A DNA stretch of 64,000 bases from Saccostrea cucullata (Eukaryota), in the NCBI RefSeq assembly GCF_032062105.1, contig NW_026935817.1, forward strand, positions 1 through 64,000, read 5' to 3'. Both the position numbers and the translations under genes were made by a program. How positions within the stretch are numbered: position 1 is the first letter of the stretch; every line of letters begins with the position of its first letter. Positions 13,319-27,580 of this stretch are shown piece after piece. The notes beneath the pieces are model-generated. The model was not told where the DNA came from, ran no database searches, and saw only the letters and a list, made by a program, of their open reading frames with translations.

Positions 13319-13501
13319 CAGGGATGGAGTCGATTACATTAAAAAGTAATAAATCAAATTACAATTTCTTTGACTTTCTCTTCAATTAAATTACAGGCTC
13401 TATAAATCATGTAATTAATTGCTTTATAATTACTTTACAAAAACTAATTAATTAATAACAGTCAAATACAATTACTTTTTTGTTGAATTAACCCATCCCT
13501 G
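13319..13501. mobile_element. Short hAT-like MITE, same family as 23331-29276
   Basis: Termini CAGGGATGG...CCATCCCTG; AATTAC subterminal repeats; degenerate TCACGTA flanks. Confidence 0.7.
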
Positions 13502-13723
13502 TCACGTATGCACTTATAGAGTGAAGGTGGGGTGGGGGGGGGGGGTTAGATTCTGTGAGATTTCTCATGTTTCCTCTAGATATTGTGTATAAGCTTACAG
13601 AAATTGAAAAAGAAATATTTAAAAACCATCGAATTCTGTCGGAAGTTATTGTACGTTAAATTGGAAGTCATCTATTAGAGGTAACATTTGCGTATAAATT
13701 GCAATTTATTCGAAGGGAGATGG

Positions 13724-14484
13724 TGTCACAACTGACCTCAAGTTGTGATGGATTCTTTCAATTAGAATTTACAAACCAAAATAAATAATATTTTGGAAGA
13801 CCTCCTGTATATCAAGAAACAACAAGATTTATAAAAATTAACAATAAATTTATCTACATATGTACAATGAACAAAACACGGCTGAAAGTTCAATCATAGT
13901 TGTCACGCGAGTCTCACACCACGTTCCAACGTCATCCACGGTCCACCATATTGTCCACCATAGTGTCCCGTCCGGTCCACCATATCCTAAGTAGCCTCAC
14001 CACGTAAACAAAACCCTCCAGTCCAAATAAAGCTTAATATACAATTTCTGGTCCCTGAGCTGTGGCATTTTACACATAAAAATCATACTGTCGGCCCCAG
14101 GTCTTGCTCTCAACGCTGCTACAAACATCCCTGAATCCCAAGATCACACAGCAGGGGAAACAGCTAAAACACACCCAAGTTCACACAGCATGGGTTACAT
14201 AAAAGACACACCCAAGATCACTAAGCATGGGTAAAGTATAACTCACGACGTCCAGACCTCATCTGACAAACACTAGCCAACACCCAGCAGTATAAATAAC
14301 TGACCAAACTACTCAAACGGGTTCGACGAGTATACGTTGATAAAAATAGCAACAAGTACAACTCAGTGACCAATAGTGCGTAAATGAAATAATCGATAAC
14401 TCCTAATGCCCAAATAAAGACAACTCTTACCAATACCTGTACAATAAGCTAATTTAAAACATTGACACAATGCCACTTGTGACA
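13724..14484 (-). repeat. 3' LTR of the Gypsy element
   Basis: Direct repeat of 18832-19592; TGTCACAA...TTGTGACA termini; adjacent to the PPT. Confidence 0.95.
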
Positions 14485-14569
14485 ATACCTCCCTTCTTGA
14501 GAAACAAAATGCAATTTTGTGACAAAAATCGAAAACTATGTACACAACAAAGTCTTTATGAACACAATC

Positions 14570-17449
14570 TTACTCAGGAACAACACGACTGAGAAAATCA
14601 GCTCCAATATTATCTACACCTCTAATAACTTCAGTTCTAAAGTTGAACGCTTGTAGAAAAAGAGACCATCTCATCAATCTGCTGTTTGAAGCTTTAGTCT
14701 TTTGTAAATGCAGTAGTGGTCTATGATCTGTCTCCACAACAAACGCTCTTCCATACATGTAAGACTGAAATTTCTGTATAGCCCATACGACTGCAAGACA
14801 CTCATTCTCCACAACCGAATAACGTTGTTCTCTGTCTAGCGGCTTACGTACGCAACAGGAAATGTACGTCCATCATGCTTCTGCATCAACACTGCACCAA
14901 CTCCATGATTAAATGCATCAGTTCTTAAGATGAATGGCTTCGTCAAATCTGGTAATCTGATAATTGGACTGTAGAGCAACATAGATTTTAAACTCTTAAA
15001 TGAATTATCGTGTTCTTGTTTCCAGTCAAATATGTTTGGAACACCTTTCTTGGTTAAGTCAGTTAAAGGAGCAGCAATAGTGGAAAAGTTTGGCACAAAT
15101 TTTCAGTAATAGCCAATCAAACCAAGGAAAGATCTAACCTGCTTCTTTGTCTCTGGCCTTGGCGCTTCTTGGATAGCTCTCAACTTCTTGTTGGTTGGCT
15201 GTAAGGTTCCTCCTCCAATAACATGACCCAAGTACTCTAGTCTCGTCTGCGCTATCTCACATTTGGAGGGTTTTGCTGTTAATTGCGCTCTCTGTAGTCT
15301 CTCCAGCATTTTTCTTAGTTCAGTAACATGTTCTTCAAAAGTTTCTGTATGAATGAGAATGTCATCAACAAAACTATCAGTATGCTCTAAACCTTTGAGA
15401 ATTTTCCTCATTAGCCTATTAAAAGTAGCTGGACTATTTTTCATACCGAAGGGCATTACTTTAAATCTGTACAAACCATCTGGTGTTAAAAATGATGTTA
15501 AGTCTCTGTCTTCTTCTCTCATTGGAATCTGCCAATATCCCTTACATAAGTCAAGTTTAGAAAAGTAACGACTGTTACTAATTTTAGTCATGATTTCATC
15601 TGGATCTGGCATTGGTTCTGGATCAAAAATCGTTACCTTGTTCAAGTTACGAAAATCCACACATATTCTCTGGCTACCATCGGACTTCTTTGCCACGACA
15701 ATCGAACTAGCATACGGTGATTCTGATGGTTCGATGATATCCATGTCAATCATATGCTGTATTTCTTCTCGGACTGCACTTCTGACTGCATAAGGTTCTG
15801 ATATTGTCTGTTTCTGATCGGTTCTTTGGTAGTGAGATGAACTTCATGCTGGATAACATTTGTTCTACCAGGTAGATCTGTTAAAACTTCCTGAAATTCA
15901 TGTAAAACATCATTTATGTTATCAAGCTGATCTGATGACAGTGAATGATTTACCTTAACATCTGTGAATGATTCTGTTGCCTTCATTGGAAGAAGATGTA
16001 ACAAATGTTCATTACTTAAGTCCTCTGTTTCTTCCGATTCCAAAACGACACAAGATGCTAAAGTTGTTGGCGAGTCTGTATTCCTTTCCTCTCGAACATT
16101 GTATTTCTTCAACAAATTTGCATGAAACAAACGAATATGTCCATTCTTATCTATCTGGTAATCAGTTTGTCCTTTTCTATCAACTACTTTGAAAGGTCCT
16201 TTCCACTGCATTAAAAGTTTGTTATGGTCTGTTGGAAGCAAAAGAAGAACGAAATCACCAACCTTGAAAGATCTCGGCTTTGTCCTTTTATCATAATGTT
16301 TCTTGTGATGTTCTTTAGATTTCTGCAGTTGTTTCTGAGCCAGCTCACACGTTCTTGCCAATCGCTCCTTCAGGTCAAGCACATACTGGTAAGTAGTTTT
16401 CACTTCCGGGTCCTTCTCCTCCTTTGTCCACAGTTCCTTCAAAACTGCCATAGGTCCCCTCTTTCATGATGTTGGAGGTAAATTGCGTACCCATGTCTGA
16501 CAGAACTTCTTTTGGAATGCCAACTCTGCTGAATACTTCTACCAATGCTTCTGCCACCGTCTCTGTATCGATGTTCTTCAATGCAACCGCCTCTGGATAC
16601 CTAGTACTGTAATCTACAACAGTCAAAATATATCTATTGCCTTTGTCAGTAATTGGAGAAAGCGGACCTACCAAATCTACGGCTACCCGTTCAAATGGTG
16701 TATCAATAAGTGGCATTTTCTCCAACGGAACCTTCGTCACTTTGCCTTTAGGAAACGTTCCTTGGCATATGTCACATGATTGGCAATATCTCGTCACATC
16801 ACCCTGGATTCCAGGCCAATAGAAATTTGACATGATGCGGTCTAGAGTCTTCTTTGTACCAAGATGTCCGCCTATGATACTGTCGTGCGCAATCTTCATA
16901 ACTTTCTGTCGCAAAGGTTCTGGAACAACAGGTTGTTTATACAGTTTTTCATCACTAACCTTTCTTGAATGATAATGTCTGTACAACAGTCCTCTTTCAA
17001 CACTAAACCATGTCTCTATATTTTCACCTATGTTCTTCTTTCTTTCTGCCTGTCACTGCATGCTCACGATACACTTTCAAGGAAGAATCGTCCATCTGAA
17101 GTTGCTTCATCTGATCAATTGTCATATCAGTATCCACTAAATCTGTAACTTTTAGCTTTTTCATACCTTTGTCTTCTTTTTTCTTTTGATTCCTTGTCTG
17201 TACTGCTTGAAGAACTTGACTACACTCTTCTCTTACGTCCTTTCTACACCACTGTGGATCAGGATCCGTTTGATTTCTAGCACCATCGATGTTACCTATA
17301 ATAAGATCGTAAACAGGTTCTTTCATACATAAAGCATTGATATTACCTGTGAAATAGGGAGTGTCGACATAGATGGAAGCCTCCTCAACTGTACGAACTG
17401 TGCCGTCTAATAACGCCTCCAATAACAGGTAATACGTGTCCACATGCAC
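14570..17449 (-). pseudogene. pol: Gypsy pol fragments: protease C-half, integrase, RT, RNase H
   Basis: DLIIGN (PR); HHCC, AVDLVGP, LSDMGTQF and WKGPF (INT, ~16000-16986); RICVDFRNLN, LDLCKGYWQ, MPFG, FVDD (RT, ~15103-15900); TDA, ECLAVVWA, ETDH (RH). Several frameshifts and stops. Confidence 0.92.
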
Positions 17450-17605
17450 GTTTTACAAGTCCGTCTGTTACACAACACTGCAACAGTTTCTATTGAGGGA
17501 TGCATGCTGATCTTATGTGAGACTGATTTTGATGCGATATGGCGTTGTCCATCCTGACTTCAGCAGAATTCTGTAAGTTGGAACTAGAATTGTCATTAGA
17601 TTAGA

Positions 17606-18620
17606 TTAGATGCAATTCAACTCACAGTTATGTTGACTCTGTAACATTGCAGCCTTTTGGGTATTGTTCGAAGTAGGTACTGCACGAGGAATTTTCTGCT
17701 TGGAGAAACAGTTTCTTGCCAAATGTCCACTTTTCCCACAGATGTAACATTTTCTTTCACCTTTTTGCTGTAGTGATCCTTGGTACATCTGTTGCTTTTG
17801 AATGGATCCACTGCTGTTACTCTGAACGCTAGAAGTGCTTGATGGTTGCTTCTGAAAAACTTGAAAGTCTTTAGTGAATGAAGTATAACCATGAGCTTCA
17901 ATAAATTTGTCTGCGAGATTTGACATTTCTTCTACACTTTTCGGATGTCTTTATTTAAGATACATTCCCAACTGCTTACTACAACTGTTTGAAAACTGTT
18001 CTCTTAAACACAAAAAGACCGTCATACGTTTTAGGACTATCTGCTAAAGACAACCATTTCTCTACATAATTGTTCAGCCTAGCAAAGAATTGTGAAGGAT
18101 TCTCACCCTGTTCTGGTCTGCTGGAACGGAACTTGACACGAAACCCCTCTTCCGTCAACTGAAAACGCCTTAACAACGATTGCTTCAAGGAACCATAGTT
18201 CAAAGCCTCTGAAACTGGAAGTCTAGAATAAACCTCAAGAGCTTTACCTTTCAGGAGAGCACTAAGATTAATCGCCCATGAAGACTGTTCCCACTTAGCA
18301 CACGAAGCAAACCTTTCGAATCTCTGTAAATATGAAACAATACAATCTTTAGATTCATCAAACGGAGGTAACTTTGGTAACTTAGCAAGCGATTGAGAAG
18401 CAAGACCTAATGGACCTACAGCTAATTCTCCAGCTTTTAATTTTTGTAATTCAGTTTCTTTATTAAGTATTTCTAATTCAATTTCGCTCTCAATCTTTCT
18501 CGCTTCTCTCTCTGCTGCCCTTTCCGCCCTTTCAAAATATTCTCTCTCTTTTCTGTCAACAAACTCTTGTAACTCAGTTCCTTGCAAACCTAACTTTTCT
18601 CCTAATTGTAAATACTCCAT
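17606..18620 (-). pseudogene. gag: Gypsy gag, frameshifted
   Basis: Begins MEYLQLGEKLGLQG; contains YLQRFERFA..W and the CCHC knuckle CYICGKSGHLARNC; split over two ORFs. Confidence 0.85.
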
Positions 18621-18831
18621 GGTTACAATACGCAACGCAACAACAAACAACAAATGTGAAAATAAGAAAAAGACAAAATGCATATGAAAAAAAAAATATT
18701 TTGTACAAAACCTGCGGAAAAAAAATTCAAACAAAAGAAATCTTTTTCAACTAAAGTCTTTTCTACAAAACGTGAAAATAATGCAGGTATACTTGGTAAC
18801 AGGAAGTCTATCCCACCGCTGCCACCAAAAA

Positions 18832-19592
18832 TGTCACAACTGACCTCAAGTTGTGATGGATTCTTTCAATTAGAATTTACAAACCAAAATAAATAATATT
18901 TTGGAAGACCTCCTGTATATCAAGAAACAACAAGATTTATAAAAATTAACAATAAATTTATCTACATATGTACAATGAACAAAACACGGCTGAAAGTTCA
19001 ATCATAGTTGTCATGCGAGTCTCACACCACGTTCCAACGTCATCCACGGTCCACCATATTGTCCACCATAGTGTCCCGTCCGGTCCACCATATCCTAAGT
19101 AGCCTCACCACGTAAACAAAACCCTCCAGTCCAAATAAAGCTTAATATACAATTTCTGGTCACTGATCTGTGGCATTTTACACATAAAAATCATACTGTC
19201 GGCCCCAGGTCTTGCTCTCAACGTCGCTACAAACATCCCTGAATCCCAAGATCACACAGCAGGGGAAACAGCTAAAACACACCCAAGTTCACACAGCATG
19301 GGTTACATAAAAGACACACCCAAGATCACTAAGCATGGGTAAAGTATAACTCACGGCGTCCAGACCTCATCTGACTAACATTAGCCAACACCCAGCAGTA
19401 TAAATAACTGACCAAACTACTCAAACGGGTTCGACGAGTATACGTTGATAAAAATAGCAACAAGTACAACTCAGTGACCAATAGTGCGTAAATGAAATAA
19501 TCGATAACTCCTAATGCCCAAATAAAGACAACTCTTACCAATACCTGTACAATAAGCTAATTTAAAACATTGACACAATGCCACTTGTGACA
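18832..19592 (-). repeat. 5' LTR of the Gypsy element
   Basis: Direct repeat of 13724-14484; followed on the minus strand by PBS TGGTGGCAGCGGTGGGAT. Confidence 0.95.
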
Positions 19593-22216
19593 GGTGGTAA
19601 TCGAGTTTTCCGATGAAACTTAGAGTTCAAATGTGGCGATACAATTGCTGGAAAATGTATATTTTGAAATAAAGAAGAAAAGTCACATTGGTCCAACTTG
19701 CGTCTCGAAGGTCACCATGCTTATTCTGCAAAAGATATCATTATCCACCCAAACTATGGCAAAGATTAGGTCATTTCTGACAAAAAGACTGTTTTTGTTG
19801 CAAAAAATAACTTTCAAGGTAAGAAATTGATCGGTGATGAGTCCAATTTTTTTTAAGCTTCTGTGACAGAACGCTAAAGAAAATGTCACGTGATCGCCTA
19901 TAACACATGATCCGCGCAAAGGCAGAATGGTTGCAGATGCGCATTAAAATAGAAGAGGACTTCTTTCAAACATTTTTAACACTGAAACCCCATATCATTT
20001 CTTTTACGGAAGTTATTCAATTAGTTCGCGAACTTTTTGATCACCCCTCGTACTAATTGTGCTCAATCAATAGCCAACTTTTGTTTTTCCTTATTTATGT
20101 AAAGCAATTTTTTGAAGAATAAAAACAAAACATTTACACGAAGAAAACACTTTGGTCTTCAACTCGACATCGACAACGTGTTATTCATTAACAATATTTA
20201 TTTTTCATTTATATGCCTATTTGATACATCTTGCTGAAAATAAAATAATCCTGGAGTCTAAACACAACTGTTTCATATTTGCAAGTTTAAATGACTACAG
20301 GGAATAAAATTCAATAAAAAACTATAGTCTATGACAAACGAAATGACTTCAGCTTTCCCAAACCTATTTTCCTTATTTTATATATAGTAATAAGTATATT
20401 AATGCTGACTATAACCTGCATGTAGTGTTTATGTTTCCCATCTTATTCTTTAGGCCAAGTCAGGCTAGCGGCAGATAAGTTGACGTTACAGGTATTTTAA
20501 CGTCTCCATATCAGTAAATACTCTGGAGAGGGACGTTAAACAGTATACAATCAATCAATTTAACAAAATCTTCTAACGTAAGAATTTCAATGATTTTATG
20601 GCTATTTTAAAAATGTAGATAGCATTTAGAAACGAACATTAGTTCTTTTATTGGCTAACGTGTTTAAGATTAAATGAAAGAAATTTTTTATAAAACATTT
20701 TACTATGGAATATCCTGTCTTCTGATCAATACCTAGGGTATAAAGCAGCTGGAAAAAGGACCCACGTTTTTTTTTGCCATGTTCACAGAATGGAATTCAA
20801 TATAATTTTTTTTCAGATCGATCATCATTTATAACTTTAACAATACTTTTACTTTTGAGCGAAGCAAACATGGACCTCCAAAACATCAGAGGTGGGATCA
20901 GGTGACATGGAAGAGTGAGCATCCCCTGCCGACTTTTTAGATTTGTCATTTTTTATGTTCTCAAAATCGTACATGCCCATTTTACTTTTGAATGTTTAAT
21001 GGAAATTTTACTGTTATTTTTACATGTATACAATTTGCAATTTTTTAAGATCATTCTCATTAAAATTAAGAAATTATCAGCTTCATAAATTAAAAAAAAA
21101 ACGGTTAAAAGGTTAAGTTACATAGTATAAAATTACAGTAATTACTAAAGTGAACAATATGTAACTATAGTAATGTTTTTTGTTAGGAATGATTTGTGTT
21201 TTTTCCTTTTCAATTGTCCACAATATTTATGAGATTGATAAGTTTTTTGTTAATTTCACTTTCTAAATGCCAATCTTCCTATGGATTCCAAAGCAAATTT
21301 TTCATCAAATATACTTCATAGTATTCCTGTGATAGTCACATTAAATTGTGTTTGTGCAAGATCTAGAAGCTTCCTAACAGAATCCAGAACTGATTGAGGG
21401 AATTTAGTCACGGTGAAAATGAAAGATGAAGAATGCGTATCATCACTTCGCTAAACATGTATATTTTATTGTTATTTTTACCACTCGTTTTCCCAAAATG
21501 AAAGTCTTTCAAGCAGAGGATTTTTGGAGGATAGAGAACTTTAGGGTATATTTACTGTATTTATTATAGTTATCCTGTACTTAAAAATTCATTAACTCAA
21601 TAATTGCTTTATCAATAAATATAACTGATAATGCATCGCTATAATCAATAATAGCATATTAATATTTCATAAGTTTTCTATCTAGGGTGTGCAGTCTCTG
21701 TAATCAAAGTGAAGAGAGTGTTAAATTTTTAGCCAATTAATTAAGGTTTACTTTTTAGTCCAACTCTTTTATGTTTCTGTTTGTTATTTAAGTCTTTTTA
21801 CCTAGCTGACATCAGCATAAGCAAAGAGATAAAAAATCCAGATTCATAATAGTCTTTTTTAAATAATCAGTTAATTAAACCTAAAAAGAAAACCCAAAAT
21901 ATGATTCTACTGATTCTTATTAGCTGATTTATCTTCGATAAAATATATAGAGATAAAAGAAGCATTCAAACTAAAATGCCCATTAAACAATACAAAATTG
22001 GAGCAGAGCAAACACGGACGTCCAAAACATCACCGGTGGGATCAGGGGCCATGGAGGAGTGAGCATTCCCTGCTGACCGGTCACACCCGCTGTGTGCTCC
22101 TTGTCATGATCGGGATATAACGGAAAAAATCGTCGAGTCACTCGACAAGTCAGTGAATAAATAATGGCTAAACAATAAGTAAGGTAAGTCAGCATTTGAC
22201 TTAATGCTAAACTGTA

Positions 22217-23298
22217 CGAGGGTTGATCCAAAAGTAATGTCACAACTTCAAGAAAATTGCAACTACTAGTGGTCGACGTACAACAACACAATTAGAAATT
22301 GGAAATTATATTTATTTCAAAGCAGACCTGAAATTTTTAGTTTAAAGTAAATAATACTTTTAAAAATATAGAATTATATACAATATGCGAATTTGGTAGT
22401 CGCCGCATCTAAATAATGTCATGTTATGGATACGCGCCGTCATACTTAAAAACTTTTCCCTCTAAAAATATTTGAGATTATCGAATATGTTCACAAATAT
22501 CTGTTCTTAAATGAATTCTTGGTAGTCATTGTACATTCACTCTTCTTCTTTGTCAAAATTCCTTGAACAGCATTTAATACGACATAATAAGACAGTGTCC
22601 ATATCCATTTACATAACAGATACACGAATGTCTTTTGACAACATCAGCCACTATGTTAAACGTTTCCTTCCGAACACTCTCCTTTAAATCTTTTGATAAT
22701 AATTCAATGGCCTATCACACTGCCTAAAATCGCTGAAATCATCTATAAACAAGACTCTTTTTTACTTTTTTTTTATCATTGTGAGGCTTATCAATCAGTG
22801 TAACTGTCTATACTGGTAATATCTCCATTTTGAAGTAAAACTGCAAAATGCATAACAGCTCGTTACGGCTCCCATCCACCCCCACCCCATCTTGACATTT
22901 TCTATGTGTAATGCATTAGAGTCAAACACAATTGTTTAAATAAAAAATTACAATGGCGTCATTTAATCTTAACATATTTTTAGAAAAAACATGGAAGTTT
23001 ATTTTGTCTTTTTAATTTTTTGGGCGATAAGACACGCTTTAGATGTTTTTTAACTGTGTTTGTCTTTCTCATCCTAAAAAAAGATATTCTTTAAAATGTA
23101 ACGTTTGGATGTGACGCGGCGACACCCCTTATGCTTGATGTTTTGAACATCTATCAAATAATTATTTAACATTATAAGACAAAGTTTCTATGTTAATTAG
23201 ATTTATATATGTGCATGATTTGGTATATTGTATTTTATTATATGACATCAAATACAAAAGATATGGACACTGTGACATTACTTGTGGATCAACCCTCG
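22217..23298. mobile_element. Tc1/mariner non-autonomous element
   Basis: TA TSDs; 28-bp TIR CGAGGGTTGATCCAnAAGTAATGTCACA. Confidence 0.88.
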
Positions 23299-23721
23299 TA
23301 TTTGCTGACAAGGTCGAGCATTGTATCGACCAGGGATGGGGTCAATTACTTTAAAAAGTAATTAATTAAAATACACTTACTTAGACTTTTTCTTCAATTA
23401 AATTACAGGCTTTCTAAGACATGTAATTAATTAAATTACAATTACTTTGCAAAAGTAATTAATTAAATTACAAATTACATTTTTAATTTTTGGATTTTTT
23501 TTCCAAATCCTTTTCAATGAATATACAGTACTACATTCATTTGTCATTCTCGAATATTGTACCACTTCCACTTATCGGTGCACCTGTACTCATGAATGTC
23601 ATGTTTATTTGCAACTGATTTATTATTTTTTTCTTCTAACATATTGTTACTACTAGATTATACATTGTATTAGATGTTTTGAAGGATGTTGTACCTTTTC
23701 TCTTGATTTGGGTTTGAAAAT

Positions 23722-26700
23722 TTGGTATTTTTTCTTAGAATGTATCAGATGTACAGAAAAACAAATGTTAAATGTGCTTTTTGGAATATTGGAGGATTGA
23801 TATCAAAAGGTATGAACAAAATGGATGACGAGCTTTTTCTATCAAAAATTATAGATAAAGATTTAGTATTTCTTGTGGAAACACACATTGGACCAGATAC
23901 AGTTGTATTACATGATGATTTTTACTGCCACACAATTTGTAGAAATATATCTAAAAATGGCAGATACTTTGGAGGGATATCAATATTAATTAAGCATGAG
24001 ATTAAAGATCATGTTTCTGTAATTAAAAATACATGTAGTGAGTATCAATGGATCAAATTAGAAAAAACTTTTTTTAATTTTGATAAAGATTTGTATATAT
24101 GTACTGTTTACAACCCCCCTGAGGGATCACCTGCAATAACACAATAATGTTAATATTCTGGAACTCGTACAGAAGGATATTAATCAATATAAAGATTTAG
24201 GAAATATAATGCTTTGTGGAGATTTTAATGCTAGAACAGGAAATGCAACTGATTATATACTAGATGATAACAACCAATATTTACCCTTATTTGAAACATA
24301 TAAAATTGATAATGATATTTTCAAAAGAGTTAATAGAGACACTTGTGTGGATAAGAGAGGAAAAGAACTAATAGATTTTTGTATTGGAAACCAACTTCGT
24401 ATTATGAACGGAAGATGTTTTGGTGACATTTTTGGAAATTTCACTTGCCATAATTATCATGGAAGTAGTGTTGTTGATTATCTTTTAACTGATGAAGAAA
24501 TTGTACAACGTATTTTGTTTTTTGAAGTATCAGATTTTATTTCCACATTATCTGACTGCCACTGTATGTTATCATGGAATATTTTTTCTCAACATGATTC
24601 TTCTAATAGAGAAAATAGTATAGATAATAATAATTACAAGACCCATTCATCCTTTAAGTGGGGGGAAGACTCTGCTATTAAATTTATAGAGGCATTACAA
24701 TCCCCCAAAATAAAATGCAATCTTGATAACACCATGAGCATCAATGACATAGAATCTATAGAATCGACAATAAATAGATTAAAAGATTCCCTGGAAGCTG
24801 CAGCCATTATGTCATTAAAACCAAACTTACCTAAAAATAAAACATGTAAAAGTAATAAAAGCTCTGCTAAACATAAAAAGAAATGGTTTGATAACGAGTT
24901 GATAAATATGCGCTCAAAACTAGTAGGAAGGGAACTTTATTTGGCCACTACCCCAGAGATATCAATATTAAGAATCAATATTACAAAGCATATAGAATAT
25001 ATAACAAACTACGAAAACAGAAATTTAGAACATACCATTCTAATATTATCAACAACCTAAATGCTTTAAATTCAACTGATCCAAAAAAATATTGGAAACT
25101 TATAGGCGAATTAAGAACTGGAAATACAAAGACAATTGATACATCAATCTCTAATAACGAGTGGTTAAACCACTTCAAAAAATTGAATAAAACTCATGAG
25201 GATTTCCTCGATCGAGATCAGTTTCTTAAAGACCAACTAAAACAAGCTGAGAAAACAACAACACCCATATTTAATGAACTTGACTACAAAATATCTTTCA
25301 ATGAAATAAGTAAAGCAATAGGTAAACTAAAAAATGGTAAGGCAGCTGGTACTGATAGAATATGCAATGAAATGCTTAAACATGGTCAAACGGTCTTGGT
25401 ACCAATATTACTGAAAATCTTTAATGGTTGCTTAACTCATGGATATTATCCTTCTTCATGGTGTGAAGGATACATTACTCCAGTATACAAATCTAACAAC
25501 ACTAATGATCCCAACAATTATAGAGGAATCACAATAACCAGCTCAATTGGCAAACTCTTTAACTATATTCTTAACTCAAGATTAGATAAATATTTAAAAT
25601 GCAATGATAAAATCAATCCTTGTCAAATAGGATTTACAAAACAAGCTAGAACTTCAGGTTTTTGTCTTGAAAACACTTGTTGAAAAATACTGCAAATCAA
25701 AACAAGGGAAGCTATATGCTTGCTTTGTTGACTTTCATAAGGCCTTCGATAGTATAAACCATGCTGGTCTGAAGCTTAAACTACTAAAAGCTGGTATTAG
25801 CACTAAATTTTACTCAATTGTTAAGGATATGTATTCTAAAAGCTATTCTTCTATTAAACTGGGTAACAAATTAATTGGTCACTTCCGTACTTACAATGGG
25901 GTTAGACAAGGTGATAACATGAGCCCAAACCTATTCAAGATTTATCTCAATGATCTATCAAATTATCTGTCAAATTCTAAAAGTTTTGTAAAATTAAACA
26001 ATGATTCATCTATGTCCATTCATTGCCTAATGTATGCTGATGACATGGTACTTCTCTCCTCAACTGCTGAAGGTCTACAAGAAAAACTCGATATACTAAG
26101 TACATACTGTAAGGACTGGTGTCTCAAAGTTAATACAAAGAAAACAAAAATTATAGTCTTCAATTCATCTGGTAAACACGTTAAAATTCCCTTCCATCTG
26201 GATAACAACAATATTGAATGTGTTAAACAATACAAGTATCTGGGTCTGACTGTTAATGCATCTGGAACACTAAGTAATGCTAAAAACGATTGTTGTAACA
26301 AAGCCAAAAAAGCCTATTTCAAACTTCAAAAAGACTTTCTCACATTTAATCCATCAATTAGAACTGCTTTAAATGTATTTGATCACACTATTAAACCCAT
26401 TATCCTGTATGGTTCAGAGTTATGGGTTTTTTTTGACCCAACAACCTCTAAATTTAAGAGAAATCCAAATATAACACTAGACAAAATATACCAAAGCTTA
26501 GAAGGAGAAATTCTAAATCTTAAATTTTACAAACATTTACTAATGGTTCATGGTAAAAGCAGCAATTTTGCTGTAAGATCTGAGCTAGGACGTTTGAATT
26601 TACATTTTGATGTCATTAAAAATATGTTGTTATACTGGCATAGATTAGAGAATCTAGATGGTGAATTTCCCTTGCTTAGTGAGGCTTTTAACTGCTCTAA

Positions 26701-27580
26701 AACACTACACCAAAATGGTTTTACTTCATGGTATTCTTGTGTTAACTTCTTACTTAACCATATTGATATTAAAATTAGTGATTTCCTAGGTATGTCAACC
26801 CCACAATTTAAAATCAATTTGAAAAGAATATTACTGAATTTCTATAAATTAACATGGGAAAAAGACAGGAATTTACATAAAGATGGCAAATTGTCTACCT
26901 TTACCAGCATAAAGACTAAATTTTGTTTTGAACCTTATCTAGATATTCTTACAAACAATCAACATAGATCAGTTTTAACAAAGTTAAGAATATCGGCTCA
27001 CAGGCTTAAAATTGAAATTGGACGTTATCAAAAAATACCTAGAGAGGAACGAATTTGTTCACTTTGTCATCACAATGAGATTCAGGATGAAATTCATTTT
27101 CTCCTTGTATGTCCTCATCTTAATGTACAAAGACTTGAACTCATAAATATTTGTAAAATTAAATGTAAAAATTTTCAGTCTCTATCTTATGATAATCAAT
27201 TTTATTGGCTCATGACTAATGAAGACCCAGACATCCTTAGATCACTTGCTGGATTCCTTAGTAATTTACCTTAATTGAAGATATTGTGATAAGCATAAAA
27301 AAATTATATACCTCTTTCCCAGTTTCTTGCCTTTAACTATATATATATATGTATAAATTATATATATTTGTATGTAACTTAGAATACGATACATGTATGT
27401 ATATTCAGTATATCTCTTATATACTTTTTTTGGTTTTTTCTTTAACAATTGCTCTTTATTTGTAATATCATCATCATGCTTGTTCTATCATTTGGATCCT
27501 CCTCCTTCTATTTGTAAATCTTTTTGCTCCTCCGGGGGCCCAAATTGGATTAATAAAATCTTGTATCTTGTATCTTGTAT
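23722..27580 (+). mobile_element. 5'-truncated non-LTR retrotransposon (APE endonuclease + RT), RTE-X-like, frameshifted
   Basis: APE motifs WNIGGL, LVET, YNPP, CGDFNAR, SVVDY, SDH; RT motifs NYRGIT, FVDFHKAFDS, GVRQG, YADD, YKYLG; C-terminal LRISAHRLKIEIGRY..ERICSLC..DEIHFLLVCP; AATAAA plus (TCTTGTA)3 tail. At least three frame breaks. Confidence 0.92.

Larger units (their letters stand above)
13724..19592 (-). mobile_element. Ty3/Gypsy LTR retrotransposon, Gmr1-like order gag-PR-INT-RT-RH, defective
   Basis: 761-bp TG..CA LTRs at 13724-14484 and 18832-19592 (~8 differences); PBS 18810-18827 complementary to the tRNA-Leu 3' end; PPT 14485-14500; near-TSD GATGG/GGTGG. Confidence 0.95.
12093..20050 (+). 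mobile_element. Degenerate Tc1/mariner element hosting a Gypsy element and two MITEs
   Basis: TA TSDs at 12091-92 and 20051-52; ~28-bp TIRs CGAGGGGTGATCAAAAAnnTCGCGAACT; decayed mariner-like HTH-coding remnant near 12270-12450. Confidence 0.85.

Noticed and set aside
18810-18827. tRNA-Leu fragment
   Set aside because: This is the retrotransposon primer-binding site.
14221-19541. Twin 70-aa ORFs (14221-14433, 19329-19541) and twin 71-aa ORFs (56913, 59777) as small genes
   Set aside because: They lie inside duplicated LTR sequence and have no recognisable motifs.
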